A stretch of 64,000 bases of DNA from Phoronis australis (lineage: Eukaryota > Animalia > Phoronida), in assembly GCA_002633005.1 (NCBI GenBank), contig NMRA01000523.1, forward strand, positions 240,249-304,248, in the 5' to 3' direction. This document shows, piece by piece, positions 62,271 through 64,000 of the stretch (its first letter is position 1; each line of letters opens with the position of its first letter). Under the pieces are notes generated by a model. It had not been told where the DNA came from. It ran no database searches and saw only the letters and a list, made by a program, of their open reading frames with translations. The translations under genes and the position numbers were made by a program.

Positions 62271-64000
62271 CCCCCCCCCCCCACCCGCGATATCCGGTTA
62301 TTATTTTGAAAACTCTTTTTGATGTTAGGTTGTAGGATTCGATGAAGGGAATAAGTTAACTTTCTAACGGCATACAACCCCGCACTACAATTAAATAAAA
62401 ATAACAAAAATATTGACAAACGACCACCGATTTCCGAGCTTTTTAGGAGTTTTGTTTGAATAAAGTGACTTTCAGATCTTACGATAGGTAAATTTTTCGC
62501 TTGGCAACGAACTTATTCTGAGCATCCAATAACCCGTAGCTCATTTGTTGACTAGAGTCAGCCCTAGAGGCATAAACCACGCTCAACATCCAGACTGCGA
62601 TTGACGTAAAATTTTACGCCAACAAAGTAACAATAAAAATTGCTCATAAAATTTCTCGATCACTGAGGCGCAGCTTATTGTGTCAGGGAAGCTTAAAATG
62701 GGCTCACTCGGTGATATGCGGTAATTATTCGACGGATTAAAGTAATTTCAAGTAACCGCTCACCACTGACCTAGCAACGAGTACGGGAAGCCCAGCATGG
62801 ATAAACGAATAGTATTGTCAGGAGACGTCAGTTCGAGTTGATTACCGGGTTCTTCTGCCTAATTTGACAAAGGTTTTGTTGTTCGGATCAGATCGCGTCA
62901 TACCTCATACGGACTCAACATTGGCAGTCAATGGAATGTGTTTGTTGATCCGTCTAAAATTTGATTTGACCTGTAACTGAGCAAAGACTAACGACGCAAA
63001 ACTTCTAGCGAGACTGTTCTGCCGTAAGATTCAAAAGAAAACAAGTGTAAAAACAAGAAAACGACAAGTGGGCCGCAGGTAGGATGCCTAAAGTGTCGTG
63101 ATAGGTCACATCTATTTCTATGTATGTTTTTATCTTGTATAGAGTTGTAATTTCATGCAAGTGTCTGAAACTACCTTTGAATATATGCAGCATTTATCAT
63201 TTGACCATTTTACTTCGACAAAGCAGCTTGCAACCGCATGCATTTACCGTTCGCCAGTGTCTGGTCTCGATCCGCACCGGGTCCGATAGGAGTGCGGTCC
63301 CGAGTCTGGCAAAATAATTTCTGTCAAAATTTATTCGCCACATTTCTTCAGCAAATTCCATTAAATTGTCCGTAGTTTGATTTTATCAAAATTAAGGCGC
63401 GCTGTCGATTTTTTTATCCCCGTTTGGTGGCTGGTAACAGTACAGGCACTGCTCCAGTCGCACTGACGGCGTTTTCTCGGCCTGGGTTCCTGAATGAATT
63501 GTACTTCCGGGTTCGCGGCAAGTTCAAAATGACGGTGTTTCTTCGGGTGCGAATCGTGAGTGGCGCGTTGATTTAAACTGTTTTCGAGTACGGATCGTGT
63601 ATTAGTTATCTGGTAGGTACTTCTTGGATCCTTATAACATCTTCTAACCATGTAATAAGGGTTAACAACGCGTGAGACAAGGACTTTAAGGAGTGAAACA
63701 CCATTTACATAACTGGAGTAACAGTTCTACAAAACAGAAAGGCGTATGCAAGAAACCGAATAAAAGTGACAAAAAGTAATGATCATTTCTCAAGATAAAT
63801 AGACACTACAGTCTAGTATAAAAACCTCGTATTACAACTTTATTAGATGGGCATAAAAATCAGTTTATGTGCTGGGTGTTAGTCTTGCGGTCACTCATTC
63901 CCATCCTATTTCCTTAGAATTTTTTATGTAGTCCTATTTCCTTAGATAACATTGTTATCGACCATTTCCACAATAGGCTTACAACTTCATTATGCGCCTC

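Noticed and set aside
63361-63651. 96-aa minus ORF starting MVRRC, superficially THAP-like
   Set aside because: Lacks the remaining THAP Cys/His/Pro/Trp spacing; probably a chance ORF.

Overview
This is eukaryotic (metazoan, probably a marine invertebrate) draft-genome sequence with three N-gaps and GT-AG introns. Most ORF-track entries are spurious or are exon fragments. I reconstructed three spliced genes by hand, with consistent intron phases. (1) Minus strand, 12161->4220: a 4-exon, 174-aa type I membrane protein that the ORF track misses almost entirely. It has a signal peptide, an RGG/Gly-Arg-Ser low-complexity tract, a short Ala/Gly hydrophobic stretch (superficially Shadoo/PrP-like), a six-cysteine Shisa-like/CX (STMC6-type) domain, a TM helix and an 8-aa basic tail. 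(2) Plus strand, 26909-36263: a 6-exon, 425-aa atypical synaptotagmin, probably Ca2+-independent and SYT15-like, with a decayed 3'-truncated LINE in intron 2. (3) Plus strand, 47969-60533: an 11-exon, 567-aa SLC22 organic-ion transporter ending in a PDZ ligand (STKL), with Ser at the TM11 charge-selectivity site. Mobile DNA is abundant: three near-full and one partial copy of a TTAA-flanked Kolobok-like non-autonomous element with a THAP remnant, a probable decayed ISL2EU-type element, a tRNA-derived SINE with a 12-bp TSD, several palindromic MITEs, two copies of a repeat carrying arrays of CTCF-like motifs, and microsatellites. All calls come from manual reading and translation, with no database searches.
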